Positions 38,762 to 51,523 of a stretch of 64,000 nucleotides of DNA are shown piece after piece. Every line of letters starts with the position of its first letter. The stretch's first letter is position 1. This stretch comes from Octopus sinensis (taxonomy: Eukaryota): assembly GCF_006345805.1 (NCBI RefSeq), contig NC_043020.1, positions 7,874,001 through 7,938,000 on the forward strand, given 5' to 3'. The notes below the pieces were generated by a model that was given only the letters and a program-made list of their open reading frames with translations, did no database searches and was not told the origin of the DNA. Made by a program: the position numbers and the translations under genes.

Positions 38762-39130
38762 TTTTCTTTTACTTGTTTCAGTAATTTGACTGCAGCCATG
38801 CTGGAGCATCACCATGACGGGTTTTAGTCAAATAAATCGACCCCAGGACTTATTATTTTTTTTAAGCCTAGTACTTATTCTGAAAGTCTCATTTGCAGAA
38901 CTGCTAAATTGCAAGGATGTAAACACACCAACACCAGTTGTCAAGCAGTGGTGCGAGACAAATACATACACACACATATACACGATGGGCTTCCTTCAGT
39001 TTCCGTCTACCAAATCCACTCACAAGGCTTTGGTTGGCTCGAAGCTATAGTGGAAGACACTTGCCCAACGTGCCACACAGTGGGACTGAACCCGAAACCA
39101 TGTGGTTGGAAAGCAAACTTCTTACCCCAC
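38762..39130 (-). mobile_element. SINE family A, older copy
   Basis: Diverged consensus match. Confidence 0.8.
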
Positions 39131-39339
39131 TGTCACTTTAATAATTTTCTTTCACATCTTGAGTTTGTTCAAACCTTGTAGAGATTAACTTCAACCTTTT
39201 ATCCTTGTGCTTGAGGGTATATAAAATAAGGCCTGTCAATTACTTGAGTCGTTATAATAGATTATCCCCTCCTTATCAATATGTACTTCTCATATACTTT
39301 GGCCATTTTTCCTTGTGGCGGTGTTGGGTCAGTAATATA

Positions 39340-39570
39340 AGGTGGCGAGCTGGCAGAAACGTTAGCACGCCGGTCGAAATGCTTAGCGGTATTTCGTCTG
39401 CGTTACGTTGTGAGTTCAAATTCCGCCGAGGTCGACTTTGCCTTTCATCCTTTCGGAGTCGATAAATTAAGTACCAGTTACGCACTGGGGTCGATGTAAT
39501 CGACTTAATACCTATGTCTGTCCTTGTTTGTCCCCTCTGTGTTTAGCCCCTTGTGGGTAGTAAAGAAATA
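39340..39570 (+). mobile_element. SINE family B, young copy
   Basis: Consensus match. Confidence 0.9.
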
Positions 39571-39699
39571 TATACTTAATGCTGTAAAAGGCCTTTGATA
39601 TTCCTGGAAAACTGGATGACCTAGTTGACCAGAACTTAGTTCATGTAAGTAAACTCTTATGACAGTCATTGCTGAAAGTTAATTAAATAAATGCAGGTG

Positions 39700-40640
39700 T
39701 TGTTGGGGGTCACTAGATTCAGAAGTGGCAGCCATCAGTGAGACCATGATATCTCAGATATCTCCACCCACACTCTTTCTCAATGACTACAAGGTATAAC
39801 TATTTTTCATCTTCCATTTTGGTTGAATTGAGCAAAGTGACTGGGCTATTTCATAAAAATCTGAATATGAAGAGACAATCTAAGAAGATTCAGATGGTAA
39901 GTTGATCATACTTGACTTGAACAACACTGATTCATGCTAACTTCAGACCAGTGGTCATTTATGCTCTTCGTGGGACAGAGCGACTGCATTTCTTCAGACA
40001 TCTAGAAACATACTGGGAAATGTTCTACTCCTTAATGCTTACAGGTGGCTGGAACAGCATTGTTGAGCATACTAGGGAATCTAGAAACATATTGGGGAAT
40101 GTTCTGCTTCTTAGTGCTTATTGGCGGCTGGAATAGCATGATGGGTGCACACTGACATTGTGGGAATAACTGAAAATCTTGCAAACTTGATGAGGCAATT
40201 TCAGCTAATAGGTATTGACTAAATTTAAGGCGGCGAGCTGGCAGAAACGTTAGCACACCGGGCAAAATGCGTAGCCATATTTCGTCTGCCGTTACGTTCT
40301 GAGTTCAAATTCCACCAAGGTTGACTTTGCCTTTCATCCTTTCGGGGTCGATAAATTAAGTACCAGTTGCGCACTGGGGTCAATGTAATCGACTTAATCC
40401 GTTTGTCTGTCCTTGTTTGTCCCCTCTGTGTTAAGCCCCTTGTGGGTAGTGAAGAAATAAGTATTGACTAAATTTCCAAAATGTCCCAATGCGTACTCTG
40501 ACTCATTCTGATCCTGTCAAGATAAGTAGTTATTTGATCAGTAGATGACAATGGCAAAGTCTGTCCACAATTTCAGCTGGTCAATTACACAGATCACAAG
40601 TTTGCCAATGACACTTTAAAGTCCTTGTAATTGAAAAGTA
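39700..40640 (+). mobile_element. L1/Tx1-like APE endonuclease relic
   Basis: DGKLIILDL..NFRPVVIYALRGTERLHFFRHLE..LMLTGGWNSIV resembles the EN VYAP and GDWN motifs; internal duplication of about 72 bp. Confidence 0.55.
40227..40460 (+). mobile_element. SINE family B with 15-bp TSD
   Basis: GTATTGACTAAATTT at 40212-40226 and 40461-40475. Confidence 0.92.
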
Positions 40641-40686
40641 TTAAGTAATATTTCCATTTAATTTTCAATTATTGTTTTTATATAAG

Positions 40687-41205
40687 ACTAGCAGTATCGC
40701 CCGGCGTTGCTCGGGTTTGTAAGGGAAATAACTATATAAGCATTTTTAGAGAGATACTTCCTTTATAGATGCCAATTCGGGCTTCCTTAGCCATTTCTGT
40801 TTTGGTGTCTTCAAGCCATGAAGTCGTTGTTCTAAAAGAACACTGGTCTCCTTGACAACGCTTTACGACGTTGATTTCCTTACACTCCCTTCCCCACAGC
40901 TTCACGAGGGAGAGAAGAAGGGGGAGAAGCAAACAGGTGCAGGTGTGACCATGGACACCAACTCCGCCGTCATCAACACACGAAAAATTATGCATTAAAA
41001 TGGAATAAAAAATGATGTTAAATTATTTTTAAAATCGTAGACTCATCGTAGACGTGCGCTAATAGCCAGACGGGCTCGATATGAATCACGACTATAAGAT
41101 ACCCGAATTTGGTTAAACTGCACCGCAAAATGTGGGAGTAGTTAGGAATCTAAATCGGAGGAGACAGAGTCTCACACACACAACTTCAATTTTATATATA
41201 AAGAT
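40687..41205 (-). mobile_element. Non-autonomous Helitron/Helentron-like element
   Basis: Minus strand starts ATCTTTATATATAA and ends with hairpin CCCGAGCAACGCCGGG plus GATACTGCTAGT; no TSD. Confidence 0.75.
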
Positions 41206-42423
41206 TTCACTTAAAAACAAGCATTAACCCACACACACTCACACACACACACTGAGGAATTTATACCTGTTTATGTATGTTTGTAATGTAAATGGTATTT
41301 GGGGAGTTCAAGTAGAGATTGTTATGAAACTGCTTGTGTTATATGTGCATGTATGCTTGCTGTTTGTTTGAGTCTGTGTTTCTCTGTGTTCTGTTCATTT
41401 TTCTGATACAAAATATGTTTGTGCATGTTTGAGTGTCCGTATAAACTAATTAATTTACATACATGCCTATTTGATAATATTGCTGCGCATGTGTACATGT
41501 GTGCATGCACTGCACATGTGTGTGTGTATGTGTGTATGTGTGTGCGTGAGACACTGAGTGAGAGAGTAAAAAAATATATTGAAAGCATTCATTCACACCA
41601 ACAAACCATGCAATGCTGACTTTTTTTTCCATTAGTAGAATTGGAAATACTAAAACTGAAGGTGGTAATGGTGTTGGTGGTGGTAGTGGTGGTGGCTGTT
41701 GTGGTGGCTGTTGTGATGGTGGTGGTGGTGGTGGTGGTGTATTGATGAATAATAATGATGAGAGTGGTTGATATGGAGGGTTGTTGGCGACTGCGCTGGC
41801 AGTGGCGTGGTGCATTGATGCATTGGTGAGTCGCCAGTGACGGGGAGAAGGGGGATTTTTTTTTTTGTGGGGTGAGGAACAGTGTGGGTGGCTGCAGCAG
41901 GGTGGGGGTGGGGATGGGGTTCGGAAGCTGTGAGTGCAGGTGTGTGTTTGGTGTGTGTTGATATGCAATTGGCATAGATTGTTGGTGATGGGACGATGGC
42001 TGTTGCAGTGGTGGTGTGGTGATGATGATGATGTGATGAGGATGATGATTGTGTGCATGTGTGTGCGTGCCTAAGTAGGCTGTTGGCAATAACTGTTGTT
42101 GATGTTCGTTTAATCTGAAGTGAGGCCTGACCAAGCAGAATTACCATCAAAGGCATTCAAGAATTAACTATACATTCTTTGTATGTGCTTGTGTGTGTTT
42201 GTTTGTGTGTTTGTTTTTAGAAATGGTGCATGGCTGACTACATTAGCCAGTGTGTCCTTTTAACACAGTAGGATGTTAATTGAGGGAGACTTTGCTGTTA
42301 CTTTTAGCATTCAAACAACCCTGTACAGGCATCTGCGTTAGTTCAGTATGGTGTGGAAAGTTAAAAGGGTGGTCAAAATTTTATTGTTAACTAGGTGCTG
42401 GTATGGCTGTGTTGTAAGAAGTC

Positions 42424-42454
<31 letters not shown>

Positions 42455-42486
42455 CACACAATTTTTGTATTAATGGTAAACCTCTA

Positions 42487-42579
42487 TAATTGGCTGATGA
42501 GTGCTCAGCATTTTAAAACTGTTGTAATACTTACAACATTTAATAAAATGATGTAGTATGAAACGATCGTACCAAATTA
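42487..42579 (+). ncRNA. Type I hammerhead ribozyme (Penelope-type, minimal palindromic stem III)
   Basis: Stem I TAATTGG/CCAA(A)TTA; core CTGATGA 42494-42500; stem II GTGCT..AGTAT; GAAA 42560-42563; stem III AC-GATC-GT; cleavage triplet GTA ending at 42571. Confidence 0.8.
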
Positions 42580-43319
42580 CCGGAGTCATTCTTGTTGCTT
42601 ATTTTGATTATAATCACCCCACAAATTTTTATGGATAACACCATACAGAATTCTGGTGCATCTAAATTAAGTACCATATTCATTTGAATCTAAATTTTTG
42701 CTGAACTTACATATATATATATATATGTGTGCGTGTGTGTGTATGTCTTTGTGTCTGTGTTTGTTCCCCATCACCTCTTGACAATCATTGTTGGTGTATT
42801 TACATCCCCATAACTTAGTGGTTCAGCAGAAGATATCAATGGAATAAGTACCAAGCTTTGGAAAAATTATAAGTACTGGGGATCAATTTGTTTGACTAAA
42901 ATCCTTCGAAGCAGTGCCCCAGCATGGCACTGTCTAATGAATAGAACATCTAAAAGATAATAGTGCATGGTAATGGTGGTGGTGGCGGTGGTGGGAGTTA
43001 GTATGGTTTTACTAAGCAAGTGGTAACGAAGGCTGACCGGCTGGCTGGCTGGTTGGTTGGTGAGGTTGGTACATGGTGTTGCTTAACCCCAGTTCAGCCT
43101 TGAGTGAACAAATCTATGATCAAAGCCAGTCCACTTTGTGGCCATTCTGATATTTTAAGGATATGTTGAACTACATTATTTAAAGTGTCCATTCTTCGAT
43201 TAAGATGGTAAATTGTGATTTGAAAGAGATTTGGTGGTTATTTCATTCACATAAGGACTACTCTTATTTGTCATGAGTGGAAAAGGAGTTGTGCAGAAGG
43301 AAGTGGAAGATAAAGTGGA

Positions 43320-43885
43320 TGCGCATTGTAGGGCCGGGAAGAAAAGGGGGTACATAATGCTGGGAGGAAAGGAGCACACATTGCAGGGTTGAGAGAAGAA
43401 GGACCATGTTGTGGGGCTGGGAGAAAGGGATGCATTGTAGGGCTGGGACAAAAGGAGTACCTCTTGCAGGGTTGGGATAGGGGGAGGGCACATTGTTGGG
43501 CTGGGAGAAAGGGGTGTATTGTAGGACTAGGAGAAAAGGAACACATCTTGCAAGGTTGGGACAAGGGGGATCACATTATGGGACTGGGAGAAAGGGGTGC
43601 ATTATAGGACTAGGAGAAAAAGAGCACATCTTACAGGCTCAGGAGAAAGGGGTGCATTGTTGGGCTAAGAGAAAGGGGTGCATTGTAGGACTGGGGGAAA
43701 AGGAGCACATCTTGCAGGGTTGAGATAAAGGGGACCACATTGTGGGGCTGGGAGAAAGGGGTGCATTATAAAGTTGGAAGAAAGGCAAGCATATTGTAGG
43801 GCTGGAAGATGGGAGTACACTGTAGGGCTGGGAGAAGGGTAAGCATATTGTCGAGCTGGAAAAAGGATTGCACATTGTAGTGCTG
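43320..43885. repeat. G-rich minisatellite of about 27 bp with an 81-84 bp trimeric higher-order period
   Basis: Monomer CATTGTAGGGCTGGGAGAAAGGGGTG; the GCAGGGTT variant recurs at 43383, 43466, 43550, 43633 and 43714. Confidence 0.85.
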
Positions 43886-44009
43886 GCCTAGGACATTGAA
43901 TATCCTGCCCTTTACATTCTGAGCAACATACTGTGGTGATCATATCTCTACAGAAATGCTTTATCCATATGTTTCAGTTACTTTTGAAACTGATCAGCAA
44001 TTTGAAATC

Positions 44010-44270
44010 ATCATCATCATCATTGTTTAACGTCCGTTTTCCATGCTAGCATGGGTTGGATGGTTCAACTAGGGTCTGGGAAGCCAGAAGGCTGTGCCAG
44101 GCCCAGTCTGATCTGGCAGTGTTTCTACGGCTGGATGCCCTTCCTAACGTCAACCACTCCGTGACTGTAGTGGGTGCTTTTTACATGCCACCTGCACAGG
44201 TGCCAGACGAGGCTGGCAGACGGCCACAATCGGATGGTGCTTTTTATGTGCCACCGGCATGGGGGCCTTA
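44010..44270 (-). mobile_element. Family E retroposon, 5'-truncated
   Basis: Reverse complement of the tail and one VNTR unit. Confidence 0.75.
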
Positions 44271-44976
44271 GTAAAATATATAATCGTGTTGTGATGCTGG
44301 AGTTCAGAAATGTGGAATAAAAAAAGTTTTAGGTGAAAATGCAGAATTATCTTATTTAAATACAAACACTTTAAAATGGACAGGTTTTTGTATTGTAGTA
44401 TGAGAATCTCATCTTGGTTGGGTTGGGTTGGTAAGAAAATTGTTAGTATATATCTTCGATAATTGTCAGCTGGAATCAGTTGTGTTAGTATTTGCCAAAC
44501 TTGATCTGCCAAATCTCAGGTGCTTTCCATCCAACCAACTTCCACACATTTTATTTTTATCAAATTACACTCACAAAGTTTGTGAGTTGTATGCAGAGAA
44601 ATTATCTCGTTAAGCTATGGGGAGAAACCAATACACGAAGGTAAAATGAAATGAGATCACACCTGGGACCTTACGATTGCGCAGTGAACTTGTGAATTCT
44701 TTGGTTATGCTTGTACCGACTTTCAGTTTTTACACACACAAGCACATTACTATACATCCATACACACAGACACATACACATTGTAGTTCAGTGTATGGAG
44801 GGCTTATGTGTGTGTAGACATTCATTAATTTAGTTAACTATATAGTTATCTGTGAAAGCGCATGGCCTAGGGTGGTGTCATTTGAAAGCTAAAACAATGC
44901 AAAACGCATCGTGACCAGTGATATGTAACAACATCTGCTAGCTTGGACGGTCACATGATCACGTGAATAGTTATAA

Positions 44977-45442
44977 AATCAAAATCAAATCAAATCAGAA
45001 TCAGAAAGCAGAACCAAAATCGAAGTCGATCAACATCAATGGAAATTGCAGCTGCGATACCAGTGCCGGTGACAAGTAAGCGAACCATCCGATCGTGACC
45101 GTTGCCAGCGCCGCCCCGACTGGCCTCCATGCCAGTGGCACGTAAAAAGCACCATCCGTTCGTGGCTGTTGCCAGCATCGCCTGGCCCCTGTGCCGGTGG
45201 CACGTAAAAAGCACCATCCGTCCGTGGCCGTTTGCCAACCCCGTCTGGCACCGGTGCCGGTGACACGTAAAAAGCACCCACTACACTCACGGAGTGGTTG
45301 GCGTTAGGAAGGGCATCCAGCCATAGAAACACTGCCAGATCAGACTGGGCCTGATGCAGCCTTCTGGCTTCCCAGACCCCAGTTGAACCGTCCAACCCAT
45401 GCTAGCATGGAAAGCGGTCGCTAAATGATTATGATGATGATG
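44977..45442 (+). mobile_element. Family E retroposon with three VNTR units plus a partial unit
   Basis: Same architecture as 28540-29052. Confidence 0.75.
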
Positions 45443-46329
45443 ATATACACACACAAACACACATATAACTACCTATCTTTCTCACTAATCACACATACAC
45501 ACTCGCACACATATATCGTTTCCTTCTGTCCATTTATCTATGTTTATGTCTGTTTGTCTAGCTATACGTCTATATATCTATTTATCTACCCACCTACCTA
45601 TCAATCTATCTACCTTATTCCTCTAACTTATCCATTTATCTATCTTTTGTGTGTTTGTGTAACTGTGTCCATCTACATCTCTGCCTACTTCTGTATACCT
45701 ATTTACCTCCCCACCTACCTGTCCATCCGTCCATCCATCCACCTGGCTGTTCATGAAGCATGAAACCTCATCACTTCTATAAACTGTGTTTTGGGGGTCT
45801 TCAACAAATAACAAAAGAAGAGAGAAAAAAAACTGTTATGAGTGTTTACTTTAAAAACATCTGCAGCAAAAACCTTAACATGGAAAACAAAAATGTCCCA
45901 CATTGGTCAAGAAATCAATTATTTCTGATAGCAACTGCATCTGTGATAATGTCCACCACTGTCACGACTACCACCACCGATGCCATCACCACCTTTTCAT
46001 GTCCCGTGTTACCATTCTCTCATCTATTATAATAAATACCTTTTCTTTCTTTCCACCATGCAAGAAAAGTAGTAACTTTATAGATTTCTTATAACTGATG
46101 TGGGAAACCTCATTATAATATTACAGGTGGTTTTCTCAATGCTGGTGATTGTACTTGAGGTGGTTGTTATTGTTTGTTTACTGCTACCACCATTCTTCAC
46201 CATCAAGCCTATCTGTGGAAAGCAGTGACATAGCAATTGAAATGATACATGTTACAGAAAAGATGAAATATGGTACCAGTCTTGTACTGGGGTCCATTTA
46301 ATTGATTGTTCCTGGCCTACCTATGTTAG

Positions 46330-46520
46330 AAATTATTATTATTATTATTATCATTTAATGGTATGCACTAATGTGTTATATTTGGATTCATTGTTCTTGA
46401 AACCAGGTCACAACTAGTTTCCTTAGGCATTGGAGATGTTTCAATCAATTCCTGCTTTTCCTAAAAGAACAGATTTTTGTATTAATTCAGTTTCCATAGT
46501 TTCTCTATCTCATTATGGAA
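46330..46520 (-). mobile_element. Old R4/Dong-like 3' relic
   Basis: ETELIQKSVLLGKAGI* followed by a 3' UTR and (TAA)n. Confidence 0.55.
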
Positions 46521-46968
46521 ACTACCAAGTCTGTTGGTAATGGTACTTAGGGCAAGGCTAGTAGATCACATCAACCCCAGTGTTTAACGGGTTAATTTTT
46601 ATTCATGATACAAACTGAGGAATCATAAACTTGGTTTACTGAGAATTGGATCTGTAAACAATATATTATCTGAAACTATTCCAAATTTTACCAAATGCCA
46701 GAGAACTTAAATGTTGATAGGTAAGAATAAGAGGCAACACCTGATATAATGAAGTGATTCTACCACAAAACTGATAATGTCCAAGTTGTCATTATTTAAC
46801 CATCTGTTGGCTCTGATAGTGCAGATCTATGATTAGAGATATTCATGCTATGACTAGTTGCCCCTCCCCCACCACTCCCCCACATTTTTTTTGTTTTGCC
46901 TTTTATTTTTTTTTGTTTGCTTCTCAACAATTACTGTAACAGGTTCAATGAGAAATGAAGGGTGTGTA

Positions 46969-47373
46969 CACTCTTTTACTCTTTTACTTGTTTCAGTCAT
47001 TTGACTGCGGCCATGCTGGAGCACCGCCTTTAGTCGAGCAAATCGACCCTGAAACTTATTCTTTGTAAGCCCAGTACTTATTCTATCGGTCTCTTTTGCC
47101 GAACCGCTAAGTGACGGGGACGTAAACACACCAGCATCGGTTGTCAAGCAATGCTAGGGGGACAAACACAGACACACAAACACACACATACATATATATA
47201 CATATATACGACAGGCTTCTTTCAGTTTCTGTCTACCAAATCCACTCACAAGGCATTGGTCAGCCCGGGGCTATAGCAGAAGACACTTGCCCAAGATGCC
47301 ACACAGTGGGACTGAACCCGGAGCCATGTGGTTGGTTAGCAAGCTACTTACTACACAGCCACTCCTGCGCCTA
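46969..47373 (-). mobile_element. SINE family A, young copy
   Basis: Consensus match. Confidence 0.9.
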
Positions 47374-48035
47374 TGCTACGCTTGGCTTTTTTTTTTTGCT
47401 TTTTATAGCCCACCCGGCACTGACATGGGTGCTTTATACATAGCAGCAGTACTTATGCCATGTAAAAGTACCTGTGCTAGTGCCACGTAAAAAGTACTTG
47501 TATTGGTGCCATGTGAAAAACACCCATTTTGGTTTCATGTAAATCGCACCTGTACCAGTGTCACATAAAAAGCACTTGTCCTGGTGCCACGTGAAAAGCA
47601 CCTGTGCCGGTGCCACATATGAAATACTGGTGCTGGTGTCACATGAAAAGCATCCAATATACTCTGTAAAGTTTGGAATGGCATCCAGCTTCAGAAATCA
47701 TATCAAAACAGATAACTGTAGCTTGGTGCTGCTCTCTGGTTAGCCAGCTCCTGTCACACTGTCCAACCCATCATAGAAAATGATGATAATGATGAGTCCA
47801 CATTAATAACTAATTAAGCCTAATTTGTGTATGTATGTGCATTTCAGTGTGTCTATTTGTATTTGTTCTTCTCCCCAAATTGTAAACTACAAGTGGTGAT
47901 GTTGTCATTTCTCCTGTCAATAAATCATCCAGTGACTTTGTGCTTTCGAAGGCATATGAAATAAGAGATCCCTTACTTGGAAAACATGTTAGGTTTAGCA
48001 ACAGGAAGGGCATCTGCCTTTAAAACAATACCTCA

Positions 48036-48408
48036 TTAACCCTTTAGTGTTCGCATTATTCTGCTAAAATTAATGCTTTTTCATTCACATTGTTTTGAAC
48101 TAATCATGCATTATCTTGTAGCTATGAGATTTTGATGAGGAAGCTGTTAATTTTAAAAATGATATTGTAGGGTTGGTGTGAGAGACCAGATCTGGCCAGT
48201 TTGAACATAAAACAGGCAGAATACTTTTGGCCGGATATGGCCGGTTTAAATGCATTATCTTGTAGCTATGAGATTTTGATGAGGTAGCTGTTAATTTTTA
48301 AAATGATATTGTAGGGTTGGTGTGAGAGACCAGATCTGGCCAGTTTGAACATAAAACAGGCTGGATACTTTTGGCCGGATGTGGCCGGTTTAAATGCTAA
48401 AGGGTTAA
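48036..48408. mobile_element. piggyBac-like MITE with an internal 144-bp tandem duplication
   Basis: TTAA flanks; TIRs CCCTTTAGTGTT / AATGCTAAAGGG; ATGCATTATCTTGTAGC at 48106 and 48250. Confidence 0.85.
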
Positions 48409-48989
48409 AGTATTTTGTCAAACCCATGACAGCTTCGAAAAGAACCCCCCCCCCCAAAAAAAAACAGACATAAAAACAAAGTTCTAAACAGCCCTGTCAT
48501 GGTTGTAATGTTGTTTCTTTGATCAAAGTCCTGTTCGATCACATTTGACTTAGGGCTAAACAAAAAACAAAAAAAAAAAAAAAACCCCAACATTTTGTGA
48601 TCCTGGTGCAGTTTTAACAAGTCTTTAGATGTTTCTTTAGATTTTTACCAACCTTAGATTAAATCTGTTTCAATATGCCATCTTCCTTCTTGTTATAAAC
48701 CTTCTGGATAATGTCACTTTTTTTTTATTTCTACCATGCCATGTTTTTTTTCTTCAATATCCCCTTCCCAACCTCCCTTCTTTTTCCTTCCTTTTTTTAC
48801 ATTTTTCCACTTCATTTTTTTCACCTTGTTTTCCTCTATATTTTTTTCTTTCTCTTCTGCTTCTTTTTTTTGTCCTTTTTCTTCCTTTTCTTTTCTTTCT
48901 TTTGTCTATTTCTTTCTTTTCTTTTTCTCCCGTCTTCTTTTATTTGCTAAGAAATAGCGAGGCAGTGATAGAAGTTGTGTAAAATGTTA

Positions 48990-49660
48990 GCGGCAACATT
49001 GATGAATGTAATGATAGTGGTGGAATAGCAAAGGCAGTAGGTGTAATGAATGGTATGGTATGGTATGGTATGTGTGTGTGCGTGCACGCACATGCATGTG
49101 AGTGTGTGAGTGAGTGGTAGAGTGGTTGGAATAGTGGTGGTGATGGTAGTGGAGCTGATATAGGGACGTTAATAGTTGTGTTGTAATGATGATGATGGTA
49201 TTAGTGATAGTGGTGATGGTGGTATGGTTGGAGGTGATGTTACTAACGGTGACATAGGGATGATGCTGGTGGTGGTGGTGTAGTGGTATATTAGATATTG
49301 GTGGTGGGGCAGTGTATTGGACATTGGCGGTAGTGGTGGTGGTGGCGACACTGATATTGGGATGTTAATAGCAGTAGTGTAATGATAATAACAGTATCAT
49401 TGGTGGTGGTGGTTGTGGCAGTAGTAGTAGTAGTTGTGGTGGTGGTATAGCTAGATGTGATGTTGCTAGTGGTAACATAATGGTGGTGGTAGTGGTGGTG
49501 GTGTTGGTAGTTGTACACAGCACTGTAATGTTGATCATGTTTATGATGATGATGATGATTATCATGGAAGTTGTAGTAGTGAGGATACAGATATTGGAAT
49601 AGTGATAGTGGTGGTTGTGGTGGTGATGGTGGTGGTGGTGGTGGCAGTAGTGGTTTTTCT
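48990..49660. repeat. Degenerate (GGT)/(GAT)/(GTA) trinucleotide low-complexity tract
   Basis: Direct reading. Confidence 0.85.
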
Positions 49661-50339
49661 TACCTATTGATAGTGATATCTGGTAAAACTCAATTTGTCT
49701 CATTGACAAGTTTCAAAGCTATAAGTTTGTGTATCAATGGGATGGGCTGGGTTGGATTGTGTTGGGTTGGCAATTTCAGTGTGTGTCTTCTCTGGGGAAA
49801 TTAGTGCACTGTTACGCATACATACATGCACATGCCAGTACATGTGTTCATCTACACACACTGGCATTATATGTGCACATTCACACCTATATAAATGCAC
49901 TCTTCCGGACTCATGTATACATACACACACATATATATACGCACACACACATATATATATATATATGTGTGTGTGTGTATTATGCATACATATAATACAC
50001 ATACATAGATCTCTTTCTTTCTCCCTCACTGTGTGTGTATATACATACATACATACATACATAGATTCATTCATACATAATGATATAAGGCAAATATACA
50101 CATGTACATTTGTACATTACATTTGCATACATACATAATGCACTGAAATACATGTGTACACTCACATACATAGACATGAACACACATGTATATACCTACA
50201 TATGTACATACATATAGATGTTTGTGCATATGTGTATATTTGTATATATCTGCATACATATTCATATAGAAGCATATAGGCATACGTGTATCTGTATGTA
50301 TGTGGGGTGAGGTTGGGGGGGTCATTACTGAATTCATTT

Positions 50340-50965
50340 AGCCTAAATTAGATGCAGCTCCAGTTTATCCTAGAAAGAGGTAGGCCAATGACCTTTTCCA
50401 AGCGAAACAGTTGCAGGCTAGGTATTTAGCTTGAAGTACACTGCTGTACATGTCATTTATGAACCTGGAGAAGGCCTTTGACAACAGTTAAGGTTATGAA
50501 GACAAAGAAGGTATCTTAAAGGCAGTGAGCTGGCAGAAACGTTAGCACGCCGGGCGAAATGCGTAGCCGTATTTCGTCAGCCGCTACGTTCTGAGTTCAA
50601 ATTCCGCCGATGTCAACTTTGCCTTTCATCCTTTCGGGGTCGATAAGTTAAGTACCAGTTACGCACTGGGGGTCGATGTAATCGACTTAATCCGTTTGTT
50701 TGTCCTTGTTTGTCCCCTCTGTGTTTAGCCCCTTGTGGGTAGTAAAGAAATAGGTATTTCGTCCATCATTAATAGATGTTGATGATGTGTTTAAAATATG
50801 TGGTGGAGTAGAGAACAGGCAAGTTGTCAACATAGCCAATCAAATAGTACAGGAAGGTGTCATACCCGACATTGGTAGAACAGAAGGGCAAAGGGAGTAC
50901 ATTAGAGAGGGACTCTTACAGAAGCATCAAATTGTTGGACCAAGTTCTGAAAATTATGGCACGAG
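50340..50965 (+). mobile_element. RTE-clade RT fragments, split by SINE B
   Basis: MQLQFILERG..KQLQARYLA..FMNLEKAFD (50340-50490) and KGKGSTLERDSYRSIKLLDQVLKI (about 50885-50960). Confidence 0.75.
50520..50762 (+). mobile_element. SINE family B, young copy with a 3' overhang into a next unit
   Basis: Consensus match; ends AAGAAATAGGTATTTCGTC. Confidence 0.9.
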
Positions 50966-51492
50966 AAGGAGAAAGCTCATTGTCATTGCTCTCTTTTCTA
51001 TTCACCTCACTTCTGCTTCACATTCCCTTGGACAAATTCATAGGGCTCAAAGGGCCCTTTAGTCCTGTTGAGAACATGACAACAGCTCTAGTATTGGTCC
51101 CACACTCAGTAAAGCAGTTGGTGTTAGGAAAGGAATCCTGCTTTGGGGACTGTGCCAAAATTTAAACATGAGAGTAAGCCACATTCCATGACCTGTCTAA
51201 GAGGATAGTTAGTCGGGATGACAACTGATTTGGACCCATCCAATATATGGAAAGCAGTTCTAAAATGATGATTTTATATATTAGTCGTGTTAACAAAGGG
51301 ATGTGGGTTTGAGTCCCATGCGGATAGGAAAGCCTTCTTTTTTCTGTCGAGGGCTTATATGCCCCTTTATTAGACTATTTTTCTTAGTTATTGCACAGTG
51401 ATTGCCATAAGCTTTAAGCTTATATAAATAGCATTATTATCAATTACAAGATTGTAAAACACAGTGCCGTATAACAAAACCATTCACACCAG

Positions 51493-51523
<31 letters not shown>

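Noticed and set aside
41450-42156. Three long His/Pro/Thr-rich minus-strand ORFs
   Set aside because: Derived from (GGT)n/(GAT)n low-complexity sequence.
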